The position numbers and the translations under genes were made by a program. Below are positions 25,599 to 37,600 of a stretch of 64,000 nt of DNA, piece by piece. Position 1 is the first letter of the stretch; the number at the start of each line of letters is the position of its first letter. The stretch lies in the NCBI GenBank assembly GCA_951406725.2, contig OX597814.1:46934001-46998000 (forward strand), in the 5' to 3' direction. This stretch comes from Octopus vulgaris. Taxonomy: Eukaryota. The notes beneath the pieces were generated by a model. It was not told the DNA's origin, searched no databases, and saw only the letters and a list, made by a program, of their open reading frames with translations.

Positions 25599-26235
25599 CT
25601 AGCAGTATCGCCCGGCGTTGCTCGGGTTTGTAAGGGAAATAACTATATAAGCATTTTTAGAGAGTTATAGCCAAAAAATAGCAAAAAATGCATTAAAAAT
25701 GGAAAAAATATGATGGTAAATTTTTTTTTAAATCGTTGACTCATCGTAGACATTTTTAGAGAGTTACTTCCCTTATATAATAGCGAAAAAATGCATTAAA
25801 ATGGAAAAAAAACGATGGTAAATTTTTTTTTAAATCGTAGACTCATGTAGACACTTTCTTAGCCATTTCTGTTTTGGTGTCTTCAAGCCATGAAGTCGTT
25901 GTTCTAAAAGAACGCTGGTCTCCTTGACAACGCATTACGACGTTGATTTCCTTACACTCCCTTCCCCACAGGTGCAGGTGTGAGCGTGGACGCCAACTCC
26001 GCCGCCATCGACACACAAAAAATTATGCATTAAAATGGAATAAAAAATGATGTTAAATTATTTTTAAAATCGTAGACTCATCGTAGACGCGCGCTAATAC
26101 TCAGACGGGCTCGATATGAATCACGACTATAAGCTACCCGAATTTGGTTAAACTGCACCGCAAAATGTGGGAGTAGTTAGGAATCTAAATCGAAGGGGAC
26201 AGACACTCACACAACTACAGTTTTATATATATAGA
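25599..26235 (-). mobile_element. Non-autonomous Helitron, family H1
   Basis: Minus strand: A|TCTATATATATAAAA 5' end; 3' hairpin CCCGAGCAACGCCGGG then CTAG|T; internal partial duplication. Confidence 0.85.
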
Positions 26236-26244
26236 TATACATAG

Positions 26245-26845
26245 CGCAGTAGTGGTGAGATGTGACAGCAAAGAAAAGCATACATTCACTCTCTGCATGC
26301 AATTAGACTCGGAAAGTTCGTGAGGAACCCATTGACCCAATTTGCTGACTTTTCCGATAGCACACAGGTGTCAATGAATGGTTGAATGACCAAATCCAAG
26401 CTTCTCTGCTAGTTCCTCAACAGTTACGATGAGATTTTGTTCCACCAGGGTTTTCAGGATGTCCTTGTCGAGTTCTACAGATCTTTCAGGATGAGGCTCG
26501 TCTTCTAGGCTGTAGTTTATGGCTCGGAATTTCTGGAACCACCATTGACACTGCCTTACGCTTATTGTCCAATCCCCATATACTGCATTAATATTTCTTG
26601 TACTTTCCGTTGCGTTGTTGTCTTTATTGAACTCATAAAGCAAAATATGCCAAATATGCTCCTTTGTTACTTCCAACATAGCTTTGAAAAAAATAGCTGT
26701 TAAAATCGAAATGCACTATTCAAAACTTGCACTATGAATAAGGACAAGATAAAATTACTACCTGCTTTTATAGCAAGTTAATATAAGTAGTTTATCCCAT
26801 TCCCCTCTGACATTTAGTTCAAGCTGTTGAAAAAACCGCATTATT
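26245..26845 (-). pseudogene. Mariner transposase N-terminal remnant with probable 5' TIR
   Basis: HILLYEFNK...ATESTRNINAVYG...CQWWFQKFR...SLEDEPH...TVEELAEKLG, continuing KLGQWVPHEL after a stop. Confidence 0.9.
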
Positions 26846-27099
26846 ATATATATATACATACATACATACATACATACATATACACACACACTCTCTCTCT
26901 CACACACATGCACACATTTATATTCTGTTATTCTTTTATATGTTTCAGCCTTGAGGTTGTGGCCATGCTGGATCATGTGTGTGTGTGTGTGTGTCTATCT
27001 GTCTGTCTGTCTGTATGTATATATGTATATGTATGTGTGTGAACAATAATATTTTCAACAGATGTGTTGCAAATGTATCTGATTGTTCTCAAGCTTCAA

Positions 27100-27116
27100 T
27101 ACTGTGTGTGTGTGTA

Positions 27117-27147
<31 letters not shown>

Positions 27148-27338
27148 ATGTATGTATGTATGTATATGTATGTATGTATGTATATATGTATGTATGTGTG
27201 TGTGTATGTATGTATGTGTGTGTGTGTGTATGTATGTATGTATATGTATGTATGTATGTATATGTATGTATGTATGTATGTGTGTATGTATGTATGTGTG
27301 TGTGTATGTATGTATGTGTGTGTGTATGTGTGTGTGTG

Positions 27339-27372
<34 letters not shown>

Positions 27373-27386
27373 TGTATGAGTGTATG
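27100..27386. repeat. Compound (TG)n/(TATG)n microsatellite
   Basis: Directly visible. Confidence 0.95.
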
Positions 27387-27430
27387 TTTACTTTATTACT
27401 AACAGAAGCCACTACGGTTATTTAATGTAA

Positions 27431-27831
27431 AGTCTTCCTCAAATCACTCTGTCTCGCTATTTACTCTCTTCCAAGAACATTTTCACTCACTCTTATTTGT
27501 TAGCTTCCCATACATTTTACTCATGTATCTATCAGCGTGATAGATAGAAACAAATATTACATCTAGTTTCACTTTATTCGTTACACAGTGTGTGTGTGCG
27601 TTTGCGTGTGGTGTAAACCAGACTAAGAAAAGCATTTGACACACACACCAGAATGTGAGTTTTCTGTAAATTTTGCTTAATTGGAGTTTAAATTTTAAAA
27701 ACTGGACCTGGCATGACGCGATGCATTGTACTCTTAAAAATGCTAGGTAAATTGTAATTGAAGAAATCCTATATTGTAGATTTGTATAACTCCCAAAGGG
27801 AGGCAGATAAAATCTGCCTTTTATAATAAGA
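27431..27831 (-). mobile_element. Helitron-like family H2 (5' part); copies at 28609-29018(-) and 31632-31900(+)
   Basis: Shared 5' end TCTTATTATAAAAGGCAGATTTTATCTGCCTCCC; three near-identical copies; 3' CTAG not found. Confidence 0.65.
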
Positions 27832-28228
27832 CTAGCAGTATCGCCCGGCGTTGCTCGGCGTAGTAAGGGAAATAACTATATAAGCATTTTTAGAGAGTTA
27901 TACCCAAAAAATAGCAAAAAAAATGCATTAAAAATTGAAAAAAAATTAAGGTAAATTTTTTTTTTTAAATCGTTGACACATCGTAGGTATTTTTAGAGAG
28001 TTACTTCCCTTATATAAAAGCGAAAAAATGCATTAAAATGGAAAAATATGATGGTAAATTTTTTTAAATCGTAGACTCATCGTAGACGCGCGCTAATACC
28101 CAGAAGGGCTCGATATGAATCACGACTATAAGATACCCGCTTTTGGTTAAACTGCACCGCAAAATGTGGGAGTAGTTACGAATCTAAATCGAAGGGGACA
28201 GACACACAACTTCACTCTTATATAAAGA
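27832..28228 (-). mobile_element. Non-autonomous Helitron H1
   Basis: 5' TCTTTATATAAG; 3' hairpin + CTAG directly abutting the H2 5' TC. Confidence 0.85.
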
Positions 28229-29015
28229 TGCTTTTTTTGTTTCAGTCATAGAGTTAGATTTATGAAGGTCTTCAGTAGAAAATCCTTCGAGATCTGACTC
28301 GCTGCTTGATATAATGAAATTCGTATCCATTTTTTGTCAGAATTACAAATTTTAAAAACATAATAGGAACAAATTTCGGAAAAAAATCTCCCATAATTCA
28401 CGGAATTAAAATTACACTTCGATTTTTGTACAAAACTGTATTTGAAGTGTTTACGAAGTATAATACGTGTTTTCACGAATGTACTAAAGAGATTTACTCT
28501 GATATTCTCATTTAAATATGAATAGGTAAATTCGGGCGGTTTGGTAACGAAAGGGTTTATATAAGTGTCGTCTGTTTATACATAAACACTGTTTCATACT
28601 TTCAGTTTAGTCTTCCTCAAATCACTCTGTCGCTAATTTACTCTCTTCCAAGAACATTTTCACTCACTGTTATCTGTTAGCTTCCCATACATTTTACTCA
28701 TGTATCTATCAGCGTGATAGACAGAAACAACAAATCACTCTGTCGCTATTTACTTTCATTTTATTCGTTGCCCACTGTGTGTGTGCGTTTGCGTGTGGTG
28801 TAAACCAGACTAAGAAAAGCATTTGACACACACACCAGAATGTGAGTTTTCTGTAAATTTTGCTTAATTGGAGTTTAAATTTAAAAATCTGGACCTGGCA
28901 TGACGCGATGCATTGTACTCTTAAAAATGCTAGGTAAATTGTAATTGAAGAAATCCTATATTGTAGATTTGTATAACTCCCAAAGGGAGGCAGATAAAAT
29001 CTGCCTTTTATAATA

Positions 29016-29092
<77 letters not shown>

Positions 29093-29578
29093 TCTGTGTG
29101 TGTGTGTTTCTGTGTCTATAAAGGGCGGATGAATTCCTGAACAGTCAATTTCTTTATTCACCATATAAGGTTAAGAAAAAGAGGGGATGATACGAAGACA
29201 GACAAAACAGATATTGGGTTCAGGGGATCGAATGGGACGAACGTATGAATAAACAGTTATTTATATATACAATATATACATTTGTTTTGAAATCTTCCCA
29301 TAGACTGCTTGGGTCAAGATCGATACTTCCTATAGCATCGTGGAATCTTTGCAAGCTGCTTGATAATTTAAAGTTTGCAACATTTAACATTTTGGGTACT
29401 TTAGGACCAGACTGTTGATTTTTAGGCATTATCGAAAAATCTATTTTTCCACGCACTAGATGATAGTCAGTCTAGCTCTCTGCCCTTCTCATGGCCCGAA
29501 CGCTAGAAACGTCTTTCATATCACGTTTTCTGATATATATAAACACACACACATACATATATATACATACATACATAT

Positions 29579-29615
<37 letters not shown>

Positions 29616-29651
29616 TACATACATACATACATACATACATACATACATACA

Positions 29652-29683
<32 letters not shown>

Positions 29684-29734
29684 ATTACATACATGACTTA
29701 ATTTTTCCTATGACATAATTTTTCCTCTCATACC

Positions 29735-29783
29735 GTCTCCGATGAAGCGATATTAATTAATATCCTAGAAACAGCTGTAAGAC
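29735..29783 (+). ncRNA. Minimal type-I hammerhead motif (U4C)
   Basis: gucu-CCGAUGA-ag.gauauuaauuaauauc.cu-a-GAAA-CAGCUG-UA-agac. Confidence 0.6.
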
Positions 29784-30085
29784 CTATCTATAAATGCCCT
29801 AATATCTATACAGCCTTGGTTTTTGTTATCTTATTATGCAAAATATTCTTATATATTTACATACATATATCCTCTTTATCATCCTCTTAAGCTTTATCTC
29901 TCACCATCTATTCAATACAAATAATTTAGCGTGGCTTTATCTCTTGACGGGTGATATTGACCCTCAATGATATTGTATCTGGCTATGCTTCGGTATAGAT
30001 TCACTCTCTTGTTGCCAAAATTAGATGGTTAACACACATTTTTTTTTTCTTATTTTTTCTGAGATAAATTTTTAATTTAAGTTTA

Positions 30086-30168
30086 ATTTAACTGAAGAAA
30101 ACAGGGTTTTCTTGATGTAATTGGTTTATTAATCAATAAAAGACACGTCTGAAACAGCTGTAGTGAAT
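30086..30168 (+). ncRNA. Type-I hammerhead-like motif (long stem II)
   Basis: auuuaa-CUGAAGA-...-GAAA-CAGCUG-UA-gugaau; homologous to 9749-9837(-). Confidence 0.55.
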
Positions 30169-30204
30169 CTCAATCCATTTGTGTTCTTTCTTCGTACACA
30201 CACA

Positions 30205-30253
<49 letters not shown>

Positions 30254-30265
30254 ACATATACATAT

Positions 30266-31612
30266 TCGCTTTGTATATATTAACACTTATTCATATATTT
30301 TTAGCATATATTGCGCTGAAGATAGAAGAAAATCTATTTAAGATTTTAATCTTGAAATTAGCTAATTTACAATTAATGTGGATTCTTTTTAAATATCTTC
30401 TGACTAGCTCGCTTTCAATCACATGTATTTATGGGGGTTTTTTTTTTCGGTAGCTTCGTAATGCATGGACATTAATTCAATACGGAGGATGAATCTTGTT
30501 TTGACTTTTTCATTTAAAATGATTATATATAACATAAGGGACTTTAGCCATCTGAATGTGGCTAGGGACAGGGCAGGGCGGTGGGGGTGTTACTGATGCA
30601 TTTAGTCCCAGGCGATCATCAACGTCACCAGGAGGGCTGACACCATCACGGTGTCTTCTAGCCTGCAAAGGGAGATCATTCCCCGAAGAAGCGGATGCCA
30701 CATACGGACCTAGGTTTCAAGGTATTTGCCTATTATCAACGCATGGCAGGCACCGCTCTCCGATGAATAACTCTCTGTGCAGGCTATATTTAAAGATTTT
30801 CACAGTAAATACATTTACTGATGTAGAAAATCCGTTCGAAAGCAATAATAATTCTCTAAACGAGATATAAACAGTAACTGCTCCATAACATAAGGGACAT
30901 CAGCCATCTGAATGTGGCTAGGGATAGTGCAGGGCGGTGGGGGTGTTACTGATGCATTTAGCCCCAGGCGATCATCAACGTCACCAGGAGGGCTGACACA
31001 ATCACGGTGTCCTCTAGCCTGCAAAGGGAGATCATTCCCCGAAGAAGCGGATGCCACATACGGACCTAGGTTTCAAGGTATTTGCCTATTATTAAATATA
31101 TAAATTGCTTATTCTCATGCTGACTACCTGATAATTATCAGTAACGTGACTTTTATCCTTATTTTATGAATATAAATAAATAAAATATTAATATAATAGT
31201 TTTACTCCTCATCAAGAACCCGCATTTTCTGCGGTTCTATTTTTTATATAAATACACGTGGTCATCGTGTAAAGATTTTAATCTGATTTTTCGAATCTAT
31301 ACTTGCAAGTGTTTGTGTACAGACATGCAAACTCGCTTTGTTATGGGTATGTATTAACACTTGTTCGTATATTTTCTTTTATATATTGCACTGAAGATAG
31401 AAGAAAATCTATTAAAGATTTTAATCTTAAAATTAGCTAATTCGTAATTACTGTGGAGTCTTTTTAAATATCTTCTCACTAGCCCAATTTCAATCGCATG
31501 TATTTATGAAGTTTTTTCGGTAGCTTCGTCATGCTTGGACATTAAATTCATTAATTCAGTATGGAGGAGATAAGTCTTGTTTTGACTTTCTCCCTGAAAA
31601 TAATTATATATA
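30266..31612 (+). mobile_element. Non-coding element bounded by ~260-280-bp direct repeats that each carry a hammerhead (retrozyme-like or non-autonomous Penelope)
   Basis: Repeats 30266-30528 and 31333-31612; hammerhead motifs at 30310-30373 and 31385-31448; internal ~205-bp GC-rich duplication 30530-30736/30887-31092. Confidence 0.6.
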
Positions 31613-32139
31613 TATATATAATTATTAATCTCTTATTATAAAAGGCAGATTTTATCTGCCTCCCTTTGGGAGTTATACAAATCTACAATATAGGATTTCT
31701 TCAATTACAATTTACCTAGCATTTTTAAGAGTACAGTGCATCGCGTCATGCCAGGTCCAGTTTTTAAAATTTAAACTCCAATTAAGCAAAATTTACAGAA
31801 AACTCACATTCTGGTGTGTGTGTCAAATGCTTTTCTTAGTCTGGTTTACACCACACGCAAACGCACACACACAGTGGGCAACGAATAAAATGAAACTAAT
31901 TCACTTACTGTAGTGAGTGATTCTTTCACTCTGCCTCCCACTTCCTCTTTCCACACATAGACACGCAAATATATAAATAACATTGTAAGCTAACGTGCGT
32001 GTGTGTGAGTGTGTGTGTGTGTGTGTGCGTGTGTGTGTGTGTGTGAGGGTGCGTGTGTGTGTGTGTGTGTGCGTGTGCGTGAGTGTGTGACAGGAAAGTT
32101 TTTTACGACGAATATAACACCTATATCCAAGTAGCAGAA

Positions 32140-32405
32140 AGATAAGACAGTAAGGTGTGATTTGAGGGAGATTTGGCTGCTATTTCTACCATGTCTAGCT
32201 GCCATGTAGGGGTCTCCCTCATAGGCTCATACATACATATATACATAGATAAGACAGTAAGGTGTGATTTGGGGGAAATTTGGCTGCTATTTCTACCAGG
32301 TCTAGCTACCATGTAGAGGTCCCCCTCATTGGCTCATATATATATACATACATAAGACAGTAAGGTGTGATTTGAGGGAGATTTGGCTGCTGTTTCTACC
32401 AGGTC
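32140..32405 (+). repeat. Tandem repeat, ~103-107-bp unit, about 2.6 copies
   Basis: AAGACAGTAAGGTGTGATTTG at 32144, 32251 and 32354. Confidence 0.9.
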
Positions 32406-32479
32406 TGTTAGGCCTTCTCATGTAAACTCAAGCTTTCTCATGCCTTGAACATAAGACCAAAGCAGAGAATGTATTTTTT

Positions 32480-32731
32480 ATTCTTCTGCTTTTTCCAGCC
32501 ATTGGTCTGTGGCCATGCTGGGGCAATGCCTTGAAGAATTGTAGTTTAATGAATCAACTCCAGTTTTATTTTTGTAAGCATTGTACTTATTCTATCTGTT
32601 TCCTTTGTCAAACCACTAGGTGACAGGGATGTAAACAAACCAACATTCGTTGTCAAGCAGTGGTGGAGGACAATCACAAGCACAGACACGCACACACACA
32701 CATATACATGCATACACATATACACACATAC

Positions 32732-32763
<32 letters not shown>

Positions 32764-32770
32764 GTGTGTA
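32480..32770 (-). mobile_element. SINE family B, 3' half
   Basis: GGCCATGCTGGGGCA...GTACTTATTCTATC...TTGTCAAGC followed by microsatellite. Confidence 0.7.
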
Positions 32771-32778
32771 TATATATA

Positions 32779-33037
32779 TTGCAGCGTGGAAGGTGTTTGT
32801 AAGCCATTTAAGAAACACACAAAAACCGTTAGATTCACTTCAACATTTAAATTTAATTTGCCAAAATATTTTCCTCGCTTTGAGACCGCGACCTGTTCAC
32901 TGACAAAAATATCGTGCTAACAGGTCGCGGTCTCAAAGCGACGAAAATATTTTGACAAATTAAATTTAAATGTTGAAGTGAATCTAACGGTTTTTGTGTG
33001 TTTCTTAAATGGCTTATAAACACCTTCAACGCTGCAA
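32779..33037. repeat. Inverted repeat (~120-bp arms, ~20-bp spacer) containing the G3-C8 hammerhead variant
   Basis: TTGCAGCGTGGAAGG...CGCGACCTGTT / AACAGGTCGCG...CCTTCAACGCTGCAA; about 4 mismatches. Confidence 0.95.
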
Positions 33038-33107
33038 CTGTTTTCGTTCCAGCACACGATCTCAGATCAAGTCACTTGCTATGCAAGTACATCTCTGTAA
33101 CTATATA

Positions 33108-33157
<50 letters not shown>

Positions 33158-33217
33158 TAAAAACAGTAAGATAACAAAAGAAAGAAAGAGACCTCAATAT
33201 TATGTAAATAGAGGAAA

Positions 33218-33611
33218 TCTTTATATATAAAAGTGAGGTTGTGTGTCAGTCTCCTACGATTTAGATTTCTAACTACTCCCACATTTTGCGGTGCAGTTTA
33301 ACCAAAACCGGGTATCTTATAGTCGTGATTCATATCGAGACCGTCTGGGTATTAGCGCGCGTCTACGATGAGTCTACGATTTAAAAAAAAATTTACCATC
33401 AATTTTTCCCTTTTTTAATCCATTTTTGACATATATAAGGGAAGTAACTCTCTAAAATTTATTATTAAATCTCAGAACGTAAAAAGCTACAGTAACACCC
33501 TTCCCCTTTGTGGTTAGCCATATTGAGATGGCTATTATACTTTACATCTCTAAAAATGCTTATATAATTATTTCCCTTACAAACCCGAGCAACGCCGGGC
33601 GATACTGCTAG
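33218..33611 (+). mobile_element. Non-autonomous Helitron H1, complete
   Basis: A|TCTTTATATATAAAAG...CCCGAGCAACGCCGGGCGATACTGCTAG|T. Confidence 0.9.
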
Positions 33612-33764
33612 TTTAATATATAAATTGCTTATATCCATGTTGACTACCTGATAATTATCATTAACGTGGTTTTTATCCTTATTTTATGAATATATATATA
33701 TATATATATATATCGTTTTGGGATATGGTTTGCAAGATTCTTTATGTGACTTCGTGTGTTGAAG

Positions 33765-33940
33765 CATACTCTGTTGTGTCTGGGGAGAGTCATTTTCTTT
33801 TGGTGCCTTTTAATGTAACACACTCACCGGTAAAATCTCCACTTCTTTCTTTTTTTATTTTTCTAAAGTTTTCGTTGCGTCTTGCAATCTTTTCCATAGT
33901 CGTTGACTATTGAAACGGTTGCAAGACGCAGCGAAAATGA
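33765..33940. repeat. Interspersed repeat ending in a ~33-bp-arm hairpin (U3-A8 hammerhead family); partial copy at 23143-23272
   Basis: TTTTCGTTGCGTCTTGCAATCTTTTCCATAGTC-GTT-GACTATTGAAACGGTTGCAAGACGCAGCGAAAA. Confidence 0.8.
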
Positions 33941-34105
33941 TATATATAGAAAAGAGAAAAAAAATCTATCAGAAAGGAACTCTATCTCTCTTAAAAAAAT
34001 ATCTTTTGATAAGCATAACAAATGCGCAACCGGTAAAAAGAACTTTCATCTAATTAAATACACTCTCCCTTACTTAAATTATTTTGTCAGCATTTTCTTC
34101 ATTTC

Positions 34106-34193
<88 letters not shown>

Positions 34194-34634
34194 GCGTGGT
34201 TTAGTGGTTAGGGTAATGAGCTCACGATCGTCAGTTCAATTCGCGCGCGCAATGTGTGAGACGTACTTTCACTTTCCGTCTACTAGATCCACTCGCAAGC
34301 CTTTGGTCGGCTTGGGAGGTAACTTGTGTCTAACAGACAAACTAGCTACAACCAACTGGATATCTACTTTTCAGTTGTTCGTCTTACTAAAAATAGTAGT
34401 CATGCTTCCATCACATAAAAGACTACTAACCTTGAAGGGAGAACTCGCTGGATAATGCAGTCCTACATTTACACTACAGCGAAAAAAGTCGTGATAGTCT
34501 TTGCTTATAAGGCTGTTCAAGAAAGGCTGATCTGGGGTTAAACATTAACAATGCTGGAAATCCCTAACAAGACGTACGTACGACAATAACATCCAAATTT
34601 CGTGAAAGCTCACTCTATCGTTTTAAAACTGGAA

Positions 34635-34787
34635 CAAGCATGGCTGGATGGTAAGACGTTTGCTTCCCAGTCACATGGTTCCAGGTTCAATCCACTGTGT
34701 GACACCTTGGGCAAGTATCTTCATCTATAGCTTTCAGCCAATAAAGCCCTGTGGGTGGATTTGGAAACTGATAGAAGTTTAAGAAGA

Positions 34788-34862
<75 letters not shown>

Positions 34863-35020
34863 GTGTTTACTTCCCCGTAACTTCGCAGTTCGACATAAGA
34901 TTCCGATAAAATAAGTTTCGGGCTTAAAATTAAATAAGTACTTAGGTCGATTTGTGCAACTAAAAACCCTTCCAGGCGGTGCCCCAGCATGGCCGTTGTC
35001 TAATGACTGAAACAAGTAAA
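34635..35020 (+). mobile_element. SINE family B
   Basis: TGGCTGGATGGTAAG, GGTTCAATCC, internal (TG)n, tail GACTGAAACAAGTAAA. Confidence 0.8.
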
Positions 35021-37554
35021 TCATAAAAATAATAGATAACTCATTGTTGTTCAAGGCATACCAAGGTATACAAAAAAGATCGCTAATGCTAAAATACCTT
35101 CGGCTTTGTGGTAGTCGCCACATAGTCCTTACAGAAAATGCTGTGAAATAAATTCACGTCGTTTTAGAAGTCCATAAAATCTATTTTCAGATAAACACGT
35201 TTACTTAAAGTGTCTGTAGCTATAACTTGCTTTTCTATAACCCTCTTATTAAATACATTTGCTTCAAAGACTGTGTATTATTTGTCACTGAACTTTCTGA
35301 CACGCCCTATATATATTATTGACTCATTTTTATTACTCATGAAGTAATAAAAATGCTTTTCATCTGCAGTCGTTTCACAAATTGTGTGATAGTTCGCTGC
35401 ACTAAAGTTTTACTTGATGTTTTTCCTTCTTTTTCTTTTGGTGCATAGAATGTCAGAAGTAATACCTATCTAACAAGACACGGGATTTATTTTGTTTGTG
35501 ACTTGATTAATCCCGAAGAACAAATAGTGATCTTCCAATAAGCCAAAACTCAAAGTTGATTTCAATTCCCAGTTGAAGCTATATCATTCCACTTGAACCA
35601 CTAGCGCTCTTGAGAGCAAACATAAATGTCACATTTGACATAAAATTCTTCCTAAGATATGGGTCTCTATTTATAATCATAATAAACCAATTTCTATCTA
35701 TTTTGGATTGACGAGATCCCTTCAAGATGAGTACGCTTGGCTGTTTCTATTTTAGGTGCGTAACCTGTGGAGGCATAATAAAAATAAATCTTTAATTTTA
35801 CATTATGAATATATCAAATTAATACTGTAGTCTCGAGGCTCAATCCCATTTTAGGTTGTTTTGTTTTATGTGAATCTTTAGGGACTTCGTTACCAAGCGG
35901 TTTCAAATTTGAATACGAGCCGAATATTCCTCTACCCTGATCTATAATTGCAATCAAGTAGCCACTCTGGCATGGCTTTAAACTACACTGGTCTCTTTTA
36001 TGTGATATTAGTATAAATTTGTAACCTGACTCAGTATTTGTGCCGCAAACTCGTTGCTGTGTTGAGTTTATGTTGCTTCTCATCGGCTATTCTATTTTTC
36101 TGCATTAATGAATGTTCAGTCTTGTACATGGACTTAGTGATTTTTCCACCACTACTTGAGCAAGTACCGTGAAGTCTATGCTTTGCTAATGAAATCATAA
36201 TAAGGCCTGAATATATCTGGGGTTGTGTTCCTTACTTCCCAGAATAATGAAAACATTTGTCATCGACTAATATAGATTCTCTCAACAGAAAATTATTTCA
36301 CGTTAACTTTTCGATGCTCACTACAATAAATGTTAACACTATTACTACTTTTATTTCACATGTATGGCATCTGTGAGTTGCTTGACCTTAACCACTTGAG
36401 CATGTCCCTTAATGACTAACAATATGTGCATCTCTGATCACGAGCAGGAGCAGTGGGGGAGCATCATAGCCATATGCTGAGAGGGATTCTTTGGGGTTTG
36501 AATAAATGTAACAAAAGTAAAGTTTGAAGGAAATATTAGCCATTTTTCATACTTTCTAGAGGTAAGCAAATAGGAAATAACAGTTGCTACCCAAAAGCAA
36601 AAATTGTGTTACACAGTGTAATTTACTATTTCAGTGGATAATGTGGCGTTTATTCTTTGTTTATGAAGCCATAATAAGACCTAAACATGTCAGCTCTGTT
36701 TTGTTGAAATAATAATTAAAATATTCACTGTATTTCTGATTAGATTTTCGTATTGCTTCCTTCATTAAAATATATTTAATGTGGCCTCAAAATAGAAGTT
36801 AGTTTTAGTAAGTGTTGAGCACTGACTGAAGATGATGATAATGAAAAATATAATTGTTTGTTTTTTTTAATTTTCACATTAGCACAAAGGAACAAATTTA
36901 TATTTGATGAGTTGTAATGTCATACTAATGACACTTTGTAAAAAGGTCATTTATTTATAACATACATTTATCAAATTAATACTTCGCGACAGTTGTACTT
37001 GTTACTGGATTACGCTCTCTGTTCGTTCTCAAGATACTATATTTCTACATTTTCCCATCCTTCTTGAAATCTTTCGTCTCAATTTATATTAAACACCACT
37101 GAGTCATTGATATTAGAATTGGCACAGCTCCTCATCATCAAACTAAACAACAATACTTCTAAAATATTTATATTTGCGTGAGAATGTTTGGCTTGAAAGC
37201 ATCGCACACAAGTCTCCAGTATGGAAAGGTTATAAAGAACAAAGGAAAATATAGCATCCAAGAACTCTCGTTACTTTAGATATAGTTTCAAACTGACAAT
37301 ATATATGCTTAAATTGCGAAAATTACGCTTTTTTCTTTCTTTTCTTAATTTTTTCTCTTTCTTTTTTTTTTCTTTTTGATTGCTCTAATGCTGAAAATAT
37401 CATTTTCACTGTAATGGCGCAAACTTTCGTTTTCGCAGTCATATAGCATTGTAATTTTCAAATGAATTCAAGTTATTTTACTACCCCATTTACTGCAACA
37501 TAGACTAGAAACGGCTGACCTATATATTAGTAGAATTGTATCTTTATTATATAA

Positions 37555-37600
37555 CTAGCTGAGATACCCGGTAATATCCGGGAGTGGGGATATTCTCAGA
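37555..37600 (-). mobile_element. Helitron 3' terminus (third family)
   Basis: Minus strand: hairpin CCCGG-ATATTA-CCGGG then TATCTCAG-CTAG|T; 5' end not located. Confidence 0.5.
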
